IMG/VR virus record: IMGVR_UViG_3300033417_000012 | Span: 1-52,503 of that record | Source of the DNA: a virus | Taxonomy: Duplodnaviria; Caudoviricetes | Reading direction: 5' to 3' (one strand) | DNA length: 52,503 bases | Part shown: in pieces, positions 8,930-17,884 of the stretch | Numbering within the stretch: position 1 is the stretch's first letter | Layout: every line of letters starts with the position of its first letter | Notes under the pieces: model-generated | What the model saw: the letters and a program-made list of their open reading frames with translations, nothing else | Told to the model about the DNA's origin: nothing | Database searches by the model: none | Program-made: the position numbers and the translations under genes

Positions 8930-9077
8930 AGCAAACCAACACCGAGCGCCGGGGGCCTCTTGCAAGCATCGTTGGATTGAGCACATTGACGCGCGCAGCG
9001 GTAACTGGAGGTCAGCATGGCACGATGTCGAAAGGGGGTCGCGCGAGACCCGCGGCGCTCGGTGTTGGTTTGTGCTC
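8930..9077 (-). ncRNA. Rod-shaped small RNA, putative antisense regulator
   Basis: Ends pair over ~20 bp (8932-8951 with 9053-9072); begins just after a consensus promoter. Confidence 0.65.
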
Positions 9078-9083
9078 AAATTG

Positions 9084-9111
9084 ATTATATATCAGGTTCA
9101 GGCCTCGTCAA
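9084..9111 (-). promoter_or_regulatory. Sigma70-type promoter TTGACG-16-TATAAT
   Basis: Near-consensus hexamers on minus strand. Confidence 0.75.
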
Positions 9112-9538
9112 CCATCTGGTCCAACATTTTAAGGTACTCCCATTCGGACAGATCTCGTCCGGCATCTTCTATCGTCTTTGCTATTTCCCGTTCCGATGTC
9201 CAGGCATCGATCTCCTCTTTGTGGAGCTTCCACTCTGGAGGGAATGCGGCGACGAAGGACCATTTGAAATCCTGGTGCAGCACGACAGCGGGGTGTACGC
9301 CCTGGTTGATGTGCTCCTTTGTGACGCGCCCCCACTTCTCATGAAAGTAGTCTGTCAGGATCGAGAGCGCGAGATCGGCCGGTCCGCTTCCTCCGTAACC
9401 CCACTCAAAACCAGTGGGGCTATGGTGCTCCACGTGCTTAAGTGGGTGTGAGTAAACGAGTCTTTTTTCGTAGTCCTCGATTACGACGATGACGTGCGGG
9501 TCAGGCAGTCTTCTGCCGCTATACGTTTTGATTGCCAT
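9098..9538 (-). CDS. DUF6166-like protein
   Basis: HSPTGFEWGYGGSGPADLALSIL motif. Confidence 0.7.
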   Translation of the reverse strand: MAIKTYSGRRLPDPHVIVVIEDYEKRLVYSHPLKHVEHHSPTGFEWGYGGSGPADLALSILTDYFHEKWGRVTKEHINQGVHPAVVLHQDFKWSFVAAFPPEWKLHKEEIDAWTSEREIAKTIEDAGRDLSEWEYLKMLDQMVDEA

Positions 9539-9752
9539 TGCTTGTGCTCCCTCCGTAGTTTTTCCAGGACAGGTGAATGAAGCGAAACCGCTCGATCTGG
9601 CGGGCTGCTATTGTGTCAACGGCCTCGATGACCGTTCCGTCTGCAACCTCCCGTTCTCGAAGGATGTATTGTGCATGGGAGCGAGATCGTCGGAGGTCCT
9701 CGACGATCCACTCTTCGCCCCTAGGAAAGTGAACGAACGGGCCTGTGCTCAT
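9519..9752 (-). CDS. Hypothetical protein
   Basis: ATGA coupling. Confidence 0.5.
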   Translation of the reverse strand: MSTGPFVHFPRGEEWIVEDLRRSRSHAQYILREREVADGTVIEAVDTIAARQIERFRFIHLSWKNYGGSTSNGNQNV

Positions 9753-10039
9753 GGTCTGTACCGAACGTCTTCGAGCATCGGGAACGCTGCTCGAGCCACG
9801 CCTTCGACCATTTTGCACCCGTAGCTTTTGACTTCATCGAACCCCGCTTCATGACCTTGCGTGCTGGCCCCGAAGTAGCAAGCCCAGTCAAACGGGTCCC
9901 AATTGAAGATCGTTACAGATGCTATTATGTACAGACCGTAAGCGCCCTGCTGGTTGAAGTATTGATACAGGTAGCCTTTTCCGTTTCCGGTCGCGTCCAG
10001 ATTCAGTATGTCGTAAAGAGCTTCATTGTGTTTTGGCAC
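9749..10039 (-). CDS. Hypothetical protein
   Basis: AGGAGA RBS, GTG start. Confidence 0.6.
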   Translation of the reverse strand: MPKHNEALYDILNLDATGNGKGYLYQYFNQQGAYGLYIIASVTIFNWDPFDWACYFGASTQGHEAGFDEVKSYGCKMVEGVARAAFPMLEDVRYRP

Positions 10040-10042
10040 GTC

Positions 10043-10294
10043 TTATCTCCTGTTGTATGTCTCCATCGTGCCGCACTTCCTGCAAGTGCGCACATAAATG
10101 GTGGCTCCGGTATTGATTTGTCTGTAGGTGCTGACAACATCTGGATGGATCATGACGTTGCAGTCGTGGCATTGATGCCCTGCGATGAAACCGATCTGTC
10201 GCCTGTCCTCCTGGGTTGTTAGCGAGTTTTCCACCTGACGATAACCCTCGGATAGCGCCCACTGGAAAAGGGCATTGAAGTTTTTGAAGTGCAT
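10043..10294 (-). CDS. Zinc-ribbon protein
   Basis: CHDC...CRKC; AAGGAGG RBS. Confidence 0.65.
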   Translation of the reverse strand: MHFKNFNALFQWALSEGYRQVENSLTTQEDRRQIGFIAGHQCHDCNVMIHPDVVSTYRQINTGATIYVRTCRKCGTMETYNRR

Positions 10295-10311
10295 GTTGCC
10301 TCCTTGGAATC

Positions 10312-10399
10312 AAAAAGGCGCCGCCCCTGCGTCAAGCCCGTATCGTTTGCTCAGGAGGTGCTTACGGGTATGGGCTAAGTGTCACGACAGGGGTAGCGC
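10312..10399 (-). ncRNA. Stem-loop RNA with anti-leader loop GCACCUCCUGAG, followed by a U tract
   Basis: Outer stem 10318-10333/10384-10399; inner stem; loop 10350-10361 complementary to the early-gene leader. Confidence 0.65.
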
Positions 10400-10404
10400 T
10401 TGTA

Positions 10405-10608
10405 TTATTTGCTTCGGTCCAGTAGCGCGACCAGGTTTTTCAGTTGCTCAACCAGACGCGTTAGCGCGTCTATGATTTGGGACAGTGTAAGGATAACCGC
10501 AAAGAGCATAAAACACACCCCGCCAACAACACTTACGGCAGGGACGCTCTCAAAGTACACAGCGGCTCCGAGTACGGCGATCGTAAATCCCAATGCTGCG
10601 AGTTTCAT
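10405..10608 (-). CDS. Small membrane protein
   Basis: Two TM segments, ATGA coupling. Confidence 0.65.
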   Translation of the reverse strand: MKLAALGFTIAVLGAAVYFESVPAVSVVGGVCFMLFAVILTLSQIIDALTRLVEQLKNLVALLDRSK

Positions 10609-11690
10609 CGCACGCGCTCCGCAAGGTCGCGTTCAGCGATTCGAGCGTGGATCAGTTCACCCGCCATCACTTCCATGTTCTCGCGGGTGTCGTTGCTCTC
10701 GATGCCCCCCGCGACGTCCGTTGCGTGGTTGATGACATCGAACAGGGAAACGCGACCCTCCCTGTTCGCCTGCATCTGACACAGGTTCAACCATTGAGTG
10801 CCTGCATCAACCACGATCCCGTACTTCTTGTTCCAGCGCTCGACGATATTGCTGACGGATGTGGCTTCGATCAGGGTTGAGCGCGTTTCGAGAAATGCGG
10901 TCGCGGCTTCCTCGCTCATGTTCATGGCGTCGGCGATCATTTCATTGACCAGCAAACCAAGGTGTTGATTGCTGCGGCCACGATGCACGAGACTGTTTTG
11001 GCGCTCGGTGCGGTATCCGTAGATCAGACCGTTCATGCAATAGGATCGATAAAGCCCTGCATGGACTCGAACCTTCCCCGTTCCGATCTCGCTGTTGCTG
11101 ATATAGATGGCGGGTTTCATGCCTCCAGCGCCTCCACCGTCGCCGTTCGTGATGTTTCCGTTTCGATGCTCGGTTGCACCGAAGTCGATTCCTTCCACAA
11201 GGACGTAAGTCCTCAGTTCATCCCCCACCTGTGGTCGCCACACCCTCACGTCGATCCCCGCTCTGGTTATCGCGTCGCTGATCGCATCAACAAAGTCGAT
11301 GTGATTGTAAACGCCATAGCGATTTGAAAGAACAGCGCGCGTGATTTCGCCGGACGGTGTAATGCGATTTCGTAGTAGAAAGCGCTTGTCGTAGTGCGCC
11401 AGCTTCCAGTTTACGATCTCGCCTCGAAGCTCGTCTGGGCAGCGACCTTCGTCCCTGGCCCACCCTGCGGGGATGTCGAGCCTCCCGCAAAGCTGGTTGA
11501 AGGCGTGATCGTTAAGATGCGTCTGACGAAAAACGTTCCCTTGCGCCTGCTCACCGATGATCTGGTCCACAAAGAAATTGCTTGTGTATTCCAGTGCGTG
11601 AGGGGAGCAAGTGTCGTCATAACAGGTCTCGTGCCAGTCCTGCACCTGTTCCTTCAGGTCTTTCAGGGTTGTAAAGTGATTTCGTGCCAT
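10605..11690 (-). CDS. DUF932-like protein
   Basis: HAFNQLC...RAVLSNRY...ISNSEIG...YCMNG motifs. Confidence 0.75.
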   Translation of the reverse strand: MARNHFTTLKDLKEQVQDWHETCYDDTCSPHALEYTSNFFVDQIIGEQAQGNVFRQTHLNDHAFNQLCGRLDIPAGWARDEGRCPDELRGEIVNWKLAHYDKRFLLRNRITPSGEITRAVLSNRYGVYNHIDFVDAISDAITRAGIDVRVWRPQVGDELRTYVLVEGIDFGATEHRNGNITNGDGGGAGGMKPAIYISNSEIGTGKVRVHAGLYRSYCMNGLIYGYRTERQNSLVHRGRSNQHLGLLVNEMIADAMNMSEEAATAFLETRSTLIEATSVSNIVERWNKKYGIVVDAGTQWLNLCQMQANREGRVSLFDVINHATDVAGGIESNDTRENMEVMAGELIHARIAERDLAERVR

Positions 11691-11722
11691 GATAGTGCGC
11701 CTCCTTGTGTTGTGGGGTGTGC

Positions 11723-11998
11723 TCATTCCCCGTCGGAAAAAACGCTATTGATCTTCTCAAACACGTACGCCGTCAGATCTCCTTTCTCCAGGTTTACTTT
11801 TCTAAGGGCACGGGACATTGCCATGCGAACAGAGTTGTGTTTGATGTCGATCTGATTCGCGATGTACTTGTTGTCCTTCCCCATAGCCGACAGCTTGAGG
11901 ATAAGAAGCTCGCGCCTGCTCAAGGTGTACTTGTACTCGCGGAACGGCTCGTCAAGAATTCTCCTCAATTCGAGTAGGGTCAGGTCGCTTTCATCCAT
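11723..11998 (-). CDS. LuxR-type HTH transcription regulator
   Basis: LSRRELLILKLSAMGKDNKYIANQIDI. Confidence 0.75.
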   Translation of the reverse strand: MDESDLTLLELRRILDEPFREYKYTLSRRELLILKLSAMGKDNKYIANQIDIKHNSVRMAMSRALRKVNLEKGDLTAYVFEKINSVFSDGE

Positions 11999-13181
11999 CG
12001 CTTTTTTGCCACGCTTTGATGGTGCGCTCTCCAAAGCGTTTGTTCACGCTCTGGTTGTCGTGGTTCTCTCGCGCCCAGGATGTCGTCGCTTCCTTCGCTG
12101 CACTTTCGGATGTCTTGTGCTCCGGTCGAACCGTGTTGTAGATTTCCAGCCAATCGCTGATCCACTTCCAGGGATCATCTTCGCGGAACGGTGACTTGTT
12201 GAGTCTTCCCTCGATTTGCTGAGGCGGGGCGTCGGCGAGTTCCTTGAAGTTTTCCCTGATCTTCGTGACGATTTCGTTTCCCCAGGTGCGAGAGCTTGTT
12301 GGCTTGATCTCTCGCGGTTGCTCGTTATCCCAGGGGTTTGCGTCGGGCCACAGTTCGCTTGCTGCATCGGAGACTACCTTTTTTCTGGCCTCAGCGGTCT
12401 CCTCGTCTTCGATTTCTGCCTCCTTCTCGACCTCGCGCCACTGCGCTTCGGGGATGTACTCCTCGATGGTTTCACCCTTGAAGGAGCCACCAAGCGGAAG
12501 ATCGAACATCTGCTTGATCGCCATCATGTAAGCGCGCTTCTGTGTTCGCTCGACGTGAGTCATTTTGTTACTTGAGTCACGGTCGAGGTTTGCCATTTCC
12601 TCTTTGGTGAGAATTCCGAGACCAAATACGAACGGCGGTTCCGCTCCCAAGCGTCCGAGTCCAATCTCAAGACCCTGTTTGCGCGCTTCGACCACGCTGT
12701 CCACCGCCATCTTCCAGGTCTGTACGGTTTTGTGGTCGTAGATTGCGCACTCCCAGGCCATAGCACCTTCGGGCACACCCAGGGTGTCACGGCGATCCTT
12801 GTCCGTGACCTGCGTGTATTCGGGCCAGAAGTGCGTTCCGCGTTCCTGGGCTTGCTGGTGAGCGTGTCGCAGCAGGCCTCGTCGTCCAGGCATGATCTGG
12901 AATTTTCTTTCACCGTGCTTGGTGACGTACACCCAGGCCCAAATCTCCCCGTTGAATGGGTTCAGTTGGGTCGCTGCGCTGATCTGCGCTAGGTGCGCGG
13001 CCTCCGACGCTTTCATCTTGTGCTTGCCCGTGTCCAGCTGCATGATCCTGCGCGTCATTTCGTGCAGGGCCTTGGATGGACCATAGGGGACAAGCGGGTG
13101 GAGCCACTCGTTTGCGGACTTAACAATCTGCTTGTTAACGTCCACGCCCAAGCTCTCCTCGAACACGGATTCGTCTGTCAT
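11991..13181 (-). CDS. RecT/Bet-like single-strand annealing protein
   Basis: LNPFNGEIW, G..GLLR.A, KRA...AIK..F; acidic C-terminal extension. Confidence 0.65.
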   Translation of the reverse strand: MTDESVFEESLGVDVNKQIVKSANEWLHPLVPYGPSKALHEMTRRIMQLDTGKHKMKASEAAHLAQISAATQLNPFNGEIWAWVYVTKHGERKFQIMPGRRGLLRHAHQQAQERGTHFWPEYTQVTDKDRRDTLGVPEGAMAWECAIYDHKTVQTWKMAVDSVVEARKQGLEIGLGRLGAEPPFVFGLGILTKEEMANLDRDSSNKMTHVERTQKRAYMMAIKQMFDLPLGGSFKGETIEEYIPEAQWREVEKEAEIEDEETAEARKKVVSDAASELWPDANPWDNEQPREIKPTSSRTWGNEIVTKIRENFKELADAPPQQIEGRLNKSPFREDDPWKWISDWLEIYNTVRPEHKTSESAAKEATTSWARENHDNQSVNKRFGERTIKAWQKSDG

Positions 13182-13272
13182 TTGTAGTACCTCCTGTGTG
13201 CTAGGGGTCGATCCGAATTGATCGCCCACGACCGCACCCTACGTTGTAAGGTGCGGAACGTCGAAGATCAAT

Positions 13273-13509
13273 TTATAGCGACCAGTCCTTCGACGACTTG
13301 TATCGCCCTGCGACATAGGTCATGCCGCAGTCGGTTACGAATGTCACTTCACCGTCGGTGTCTCCAACCGGCTCCGATAATGTGCGCTCGCACTCCACGT
13401 TGAACAGATCGAGAAATTCTTGCGTACCCTTAAGGTCGGTGATGCGCGCTTTGCAAGCTCTGTGATTTGGGCACTCCCCCTCGAACAGCACGGGGATGGG
13501 GTTGCTCAT
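13273..13509 (-). CDS. Hypothetical protein
   Basis: AGGAGG RBS, coupling. Confidence 0.55.
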   Translation of the reverse strand: MSNPIPVLFEGECPNHRACKARITDLKGTQEFLDLFNVECERTLSEPVGDTDGEVTFVTDCGMTYVAGRYKSSKDWSL

Positions 13510-13908
13510 TTGCGGCCTCCTTTCACGGGCCAGTTGGGGTGATAGACCTTGATGGTTTCACCTTCAGGATGCGAGTCCTCCGGTCGCGCTACGCGGACGA
13601 AGGATTTCAGTTTGGGCCAAGCTCGGAATACCGCTTCATCTGCTATCTGCGGATCGCCTGTCAGTTGATAGCGCAGCGTCCACAGTTTTACTAGCGCGTC
13701 ATGGTCGGGCGTACTCACTTCGTTTCGTCCTTCCAGCCGCACTTCTCGCAGCGCTCAGAGGGGGGGTCTAAATCCTCGCCGCACTCCGGGCAAATCCCAT
13801 TTTCCAGACAGACGCACATTTCCAGCAAACGTTCGTATGCGACGGTCGATCCCCAGGGGTGCGCCTGGGATGTTTCTATCCAGCCTCTTCCCATGCAGTA
13901 TTCGCACA

Positions 13909-14106
13909 TCATTGTTGCTCCCTCTCTGCCCATCTCACGCGGTCTATCAGCAGCATGGGACACCACTGATTGAGTTTCGCCCACTCCCTTAGCGCCCTGA
14001 GTTCTAATTCTGTAACTTCTATGGGCGTGCAACCGGAGGATGGTTTTTCGTTGAAGCTCGCTGTTCCATCGTAGTAATTGTGTACGTCAACATATATCGT
14101 CGGCAT
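13909..14106 (-). CDS. Hypothetical protein
   Basis: Operon context. Confidence 0.5.
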   Translation of the reverse strand: MPTIYVDVHNYYDGTASFNEKPSSGCTPIEVTELELRALREWAKLNQWCPMLLIDRVRWAEREQQ

Positions 14107-14120
14107 GTTATCCCCTTTCT

Positions 14121-14414
14121 CTATGGCTCATCCTTGATGAACAGCATGTTTTCGCTGTCCTTGATTTTGTATAGCACTCCAGGAATGTCGTAGGTCATTC
14201 TGAAAAACTCACACTGCACGGCGTGAACCCTACCGTCCTCGTGATGACGCGCCAGCTTCAATTGAATGGGCCAAGCGGTGATTTTCAGATCGCTCAACAG
14301 AAAACCACCAGACACATTGATGTCCCTGGCGTCCACCTCGACGATTCCGTTTTCGTTTGGTTCAACGTCTGGCTTATGCACATACACTTCGGGCATTTCA
14401 CGATCTCCTTTCAC
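14121..14414 (-). CDS. Hypothetical protein
   Basis: AAGGAG RBS near MPEVY. Confidence 0.55.
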   Translation of the reverse strand: MKGDREMPEVYVHKPDVEPNENGIVEVDARDINVSGGFLLSDLKITAWPIQLKLARHHEDGRVHAVQCEFFRMTYDIPGVLYKIKDSENMLFIKDEP

Positions 14415-14522
14415 CTGTTTGTGGATTTGTCACAGAACGCGCCAGGATTGAATCTAAGCGATTCGGTGATGGATCACCCGTTACCCACAGAAAAACCGCT
14501 ATTAGGTCCCATTATGCGCTCT

Positions 14523-14912
14523 CTAGTGGTTCCCTGACATAAATTGTGCACTGAATTCCACGACCGAGAGCACAAAGGACAACTGATGCAGGTTCATGAC
14601 GCCGTTTTCGTCGTCGCTGACATAGGGTTTGAGGCGCACATGAAGTGCATAGGCGGGTGAGGTCGGGATAGCGGGTCCGTGCTTGGTCTCTTTGTCGCCC
14701 CATACCAGCAGGAAAAACAGGAAGAATAGTGGTTCAACTTGCCAGCGGTCGAATTCATGCAGCACGTCGAGTGCGGCTGCTGATGCTAGGTCTTCGCGCT
14801 CCTCTTCGTTTCTGGCAAACTGGATGCGGTGCGCGTGCTCTCTGGTGATGGGGTCGAGTCGTTTGCGCAGTTGTCGCGCGCGGTCGATCATCAAAATGTT
14901 TTTGTGTGGCAT
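14523..14912 (-). CDS. Hypothetical protein
   Basis: AAGGA RBS before MPHKN. Confidence 0.55.
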   Translation of the reverse strand: MPHKNILMIDRARQLRKRLDPITREHAHRIQFARNEEEREDLASAAALDVLHEFDRWQVEPLFFLFFLLVWGDKETKHGPAIPTSPAYALHVRLKPYVSDDENGVMNLHQLSFVLSVVEFSAQFMSGNH

Positions 14913-14933
14913 TCGATTTGTCCTTTCGTGTGT

Positions 14934-15140
14934 ACCTACCCCCACCTACCCTACCCCCCCTGCCAGCCATCTGTGGGGTTGCGGTGCGTTAAGGCTGTGG
15001 TGGGCTGTGGGCTGTACCTACCCCCTATCTACCCACCCTACCCACCCACCCTACCCCCTGCCGTTTTTCGCGAGGGCGGCTGTGGGCTGTGTGGCGGCTG
15101 TGGGCTGTGTGGCTGTGCGCTTTTCCCGATATAGGGAAAA
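14934..15140. repeat. Cluster of TACCC and GGCTGTG polar repeats plus palindrome TTTTCCCGATATAGGGAAAA
   Basis: Directly visible low-complexity motif cluster. Confidence 0.85.
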
Positions 15141-15267
15141 TTGCCGGAGCCGTGCCGGTGGGCGAACTCCGTGCCGGTGGGCGAGGGTTTTGAGCGTCGC
15201 CAAGGGCAAGCAGCCAGGGATCGGGGCGCGCTTCACCCTTCTCCCTGGCTACACTTTCCTGGGTGCA

Positions 15268-15543
15268 CTAATGGTCGATCCAGCCGGTCGTGTCTTTGCC
15301 CTGTCGGTCGAGCAGCTTATAGATGCGGTTTTGGGCGTAGTTCGGGGGCAACCAGTGACCGTTTTCGCACAGGCAGGATGCTACGGCGATGTCGGATAGC
15401 GTGATCTCGTTGTAGCGCCCTTCCGTGTGCTTGACGTAGAGGTCGTTGGCCCACTTCGAGACCTGTGGCGACGATTTTTCATAGTGGACGACGATTCGCC
15501 CGAAAAAATACTCGACCTCGCTGAAAAACTGGATGGCGTTCAT
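15268..15543 (-). CDS. Hypothetical protein
   Basis: ATGA coupling, MNAIQFF start. Confidence 0.6.
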   Translation of the reverse strand: MNAIQFFSEVEYFFGRIVVHYEKSSPQVSKWANDLYVKHTEGRYNEITLSDIAVASCLCENGHWLPPNYAQNRIYKLLDRQGKDTTGWIDH

Positions 15544-15773
15544 CGATCGCCGTCCTTTCCGTACCATGTGGCCTCGACCCACTCAAGCGTGCCCGGAATC
15601 TGTCGTTCGTTTCTGATGTCCGCGCCATAGGATGCGAAGATAAAGCGGGTGAGGTTTCGGCGTGACGGGTTGATGTATGTCTTTTGCCTTGGATGGGCGT
15701 TAACATAGACGTTCTGCTGCCCGTTGAATTCGTTCAGGTCGATCAGGCAGGTCTTTGGATAGTATTTGCCCAT
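15540..15773 (-). CDS. Hypothetical protein
   Basis: MGKYYPK start right after radC-like stop. Confidence 0.6.
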   Translation of the reverse strand: MGKYYPKTCLIDLNEFNGQQNVYVNAHPRQKTYINPSRRNLTRFIFASYGADIRNERQIPGTLEWVEATWYGKDGDR

Positions 15774-15774
15774 G

Positions 15775-16260
15775 TCAGAACCCCAAACCTCTCGCTTTGA
15801 GCGACACGAAGCGCCCTTTGCCGATGATGATGTGGTCGAGCAACTGGATTCCAAGCAACCTTCCGGCATCAGCGATTTCTGCGGTCACGCCCACGTCTTC
15901 TGGGCTTGGACTTGGGTCGCCGCTTGGGTGGTTGTGAACCACGATGATCGCGGCGGCGTTCTTGATGATCGCGTCTCGAAACACCTCGGCGATGCGCACC
16001 ATGTTGCTGTTGAGTGTGCCTTTGTAAAGCTCCACGATCTCGATGACGCCGTTGCGAGAGTCCAGTATGGCGACGCGAAAGTGTTCCTGTTGAAGCGCCG
16101 ACATTTCGTAAAGCAGCAGCGCTGCAACGCTTTCGGGCGCATCGAATCTCACGCGGTTCGGCTGGTCCTCTGCGACCTCTCGAAGAACGCCCATAAGACC
16201 ACCGAGATCGCCATTGCATATCATGGTTGCGACCTCCTGGGCATTGTCCTTGTAGGACAT
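15775..16260 (-). CDS. radC: RadC-like JAB/MPN domain protein
   Basis: QEHF...VHNHPSGDPSPSPED...LLDHIIIG. Confidence 0.9.
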   Translation of the reverse strand: MSYKDNAQEVATMICNGDLGGLMGVLREVAEDQPNRVRFDAPESVAALLLYEMSALQQEHFRVAILDSRNGVIEIVELYKGTLNSNMVRIAEVFRDAIIKNAAAIIVVHNHPSGDPSPSPEDVGVTAEIADAGRLLGIQLLDHIIIGKGRFVSLKARGLGF

Positions 16261-16349
16261 TGTGCACCTCCTGTGTGCCTAATTAGGGTCGGATCACCCT
16301 CGGACAGGGCGCTGCCAGCGAACAGCGCCCTGCTGCGACGGAGATCGAC

Positions 16350-16838
16350 CTATCTCCTACCGTTTTGCCAGGGCATAATCAGCGCCCTGCGTTTGTGCGT
16401 GGTGAACTCTTTGGCGCCTTCCAGAACGTAGGCCCTGTTCTTGCGGGTCTGCTTGATGGCGACGAAGCGGAGACCCTTTCCGATGTCGGCGAAGAAGGCC
16501 GGGTCGATGTCGAAGCTCTCGATGGGGATGGGCGACCCTTCTTGGTGGTACTCCCACAGGCCGTCGATGTCAGGGTATTGGCCCTCGTAGGGGCGAAGGG
16601 TGATGGTCCCGTTGTTCAGGTGGCTATGAACCAGTTGGTACAGGCCCGGTTCCACTTTGAGATCGACTTCGTTGAGGTCGGCGCGGTGTGCTCTAATACC
16701 GTCACTGGCGTCGAGCGTTGCGCCCGTCCAGCGGATCGCGGACAACACGGATTCGTTGTCCTTTTTCTTGGTGGCGAGGGCGACCCATCGCGCGGTCTCG
16801 ATGACCTTTTTCTCGGCATTGATGGTCGTTTCGTTCAC
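16350..16838 (-). CDS. Beta-sliding-clamp-like single-domain protein
   Basis: VLSAI...ASDGIRAH...EGQYPD pattern; GTG start after leader motif. Confidence 0.5.
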   Translation of the reverse strand: MNETTINAEKKVIETARWVALATKKKDNESVLSAIRWTGATLDASDGIRAHRADLNEVDLKVEPGLYQLVHSHLNNGTITLRPYEGQYPDIDGLWEYHQEGSPIPIESFDIDPAFFADIGKGLRFVAIKQTRKNRAYVLEGAKEFTTHKRRALIMPWQNGRR

Positions 16839-16927
16839 GATTGCACCTCCTGAGTGCTTTTTGTTGGGGGCGAATTCCCCAGGGACGCCCTGGAACCTGC
16901 GCTCCAGGGCGTGACCTTGAAAATTCG

Positions 16928-17263
16928 CTACCATCCTGGCGGGGACCAAAGCTCGCTTTCGAAGGCGCTCTTGAGTACCCGTCGCCATGCTTTACCGTAC
17001 CTTCGGCAACACACGCAGACACAGTTCTGGCTATAGGGGTGGTTCTCCAGTTCCGGCTTGTACCAAGTGGCGACGATCCAGGTTCGCCCCATGTCTTCGT
17101 ATGTGTCCTTGTAGGTGGCGCTGTCCACCAGTTTTTGCAGTCGCTTCATGCTCGATGGCGTTGGGTTTTCGTGCACCCGATAGTCGCCCCCGATTCTGCT
17201 GTTGGGATAGACATAAACGGCGCGTTCGTCCTGGTATAGCCCCGCAACCACTGTCTTAGTCAT
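16928..17263 (-). CDS. Hypothetical early protein
   Basis: Coupled to upstream gene. Confidence 0.6.
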   Translation of the reverse strand: MTKTVVAGLYQDERAVYVYPNSRIGGDYRVHENPTPSSMKRLQKLVDSATYKDTYEDMGRTWIVATWYKPELENHPYSQNCVCVCCRRYGKAWRRVLKSAFESELWSPPGW

Positions 17264-17450
17264 CGCCCTTCTCCAGTAGCCGGTCGAGGTATTCCGACGC
17301 CGCTTCTAGGTTTCCTTCGAGCGTGCCTTGGGACTCCATGTCCTCAAACTCGCGTTCGGCCATAGCGATATTGCGCTTGGCCTCGTCGTAGGAGAAGCCC
17401 ATATCGATCAAGTTGAGTATCGATATGTACTGCCAGCATCTGTCGCTCAT
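17256..17450 (-). CDS. Small acidic early protein
   Basis: GGAGG RBS, coupling. Confidence 0.6.
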   Translation of the reverse strand: MSDRCWQYISILNLIDMGFSYDEAKRNIAMAEREFEDMESQGTLEGNLEAASEYLDRLLEKGDD

Positions 17451-17779
17451 GACGCCCTCCGTGTTTCGGAGTGGTCGTCGTTGACGCCCGTTGCTTCGTC
17501 GAGGAGCGCCGATTCATCGTCCAGGCCATCGAAGAAACCACCGTACTCGGCGTCTTCGAGCATGACAGCTGCGCCGTCCAGGTCATCCCCAAGAAGATCC
17601 ATAAGGATGCCGGAAAGCTCTGCTCGAATCGGGTTGCCAGTCTGGTTGCACTTGAACCCAATGCCCGTACAACCCTTGGAGTAAAACGCGTCCTTGGCCT
17701 CCTTGAAGGTCATGCCGGGTATGTCGTGGAGTTCGTCAAGCCCTAGCGGTTCGCCGCAGCGCCTACAATAGATGTCCAT
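17447..17779 (-). CDS. Acidic zinc-binding early protein
   Basis: MDIYCRRCGEP; leader motif upstream. Confidence 0.7.
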   Translation of the reverse strand: MDIYCRRCGEPLGLDELHDIPGMTFKEAKDAFYSKGCTGIGFKCNQTGNPIRAELSGILMDLLGDDLDGAAVMLEDAEYGGFFDGLDDESALLDEATGVNDDHSETRRAS

Positions 17780-17884
17780 TTGTGCACCTCCTGAGTGCTT
17801 GGGCCGTATTGCCCAGGGGTGCGCAGGAACCTACCCTACCCAGGTAGGCTCCTGCGCACAGTCTGGATCATACGACGACGACGG

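Noticed and set aside
8930-9077. 6S RNA mimic
   Set aside because: The rod shape is suggestive, but it is short and I cannot see the symmetric central bubble or conserved 6S motifs; needs an Rfam search.
9017-9451. Plus-strand 144-aa ORF with GGAGG RBS
   Set aside because: Antisense to the DUF6166-like gene and to a consensus minus-strand promoter, and the product looks non-protein-like. Not fully excluded.
5758-14509. Shared 11-mer CTATTAGGTCC in two intergenic gaps (5758 and 14499)
   Set aside because: Only two copies of a short word; could be chance.
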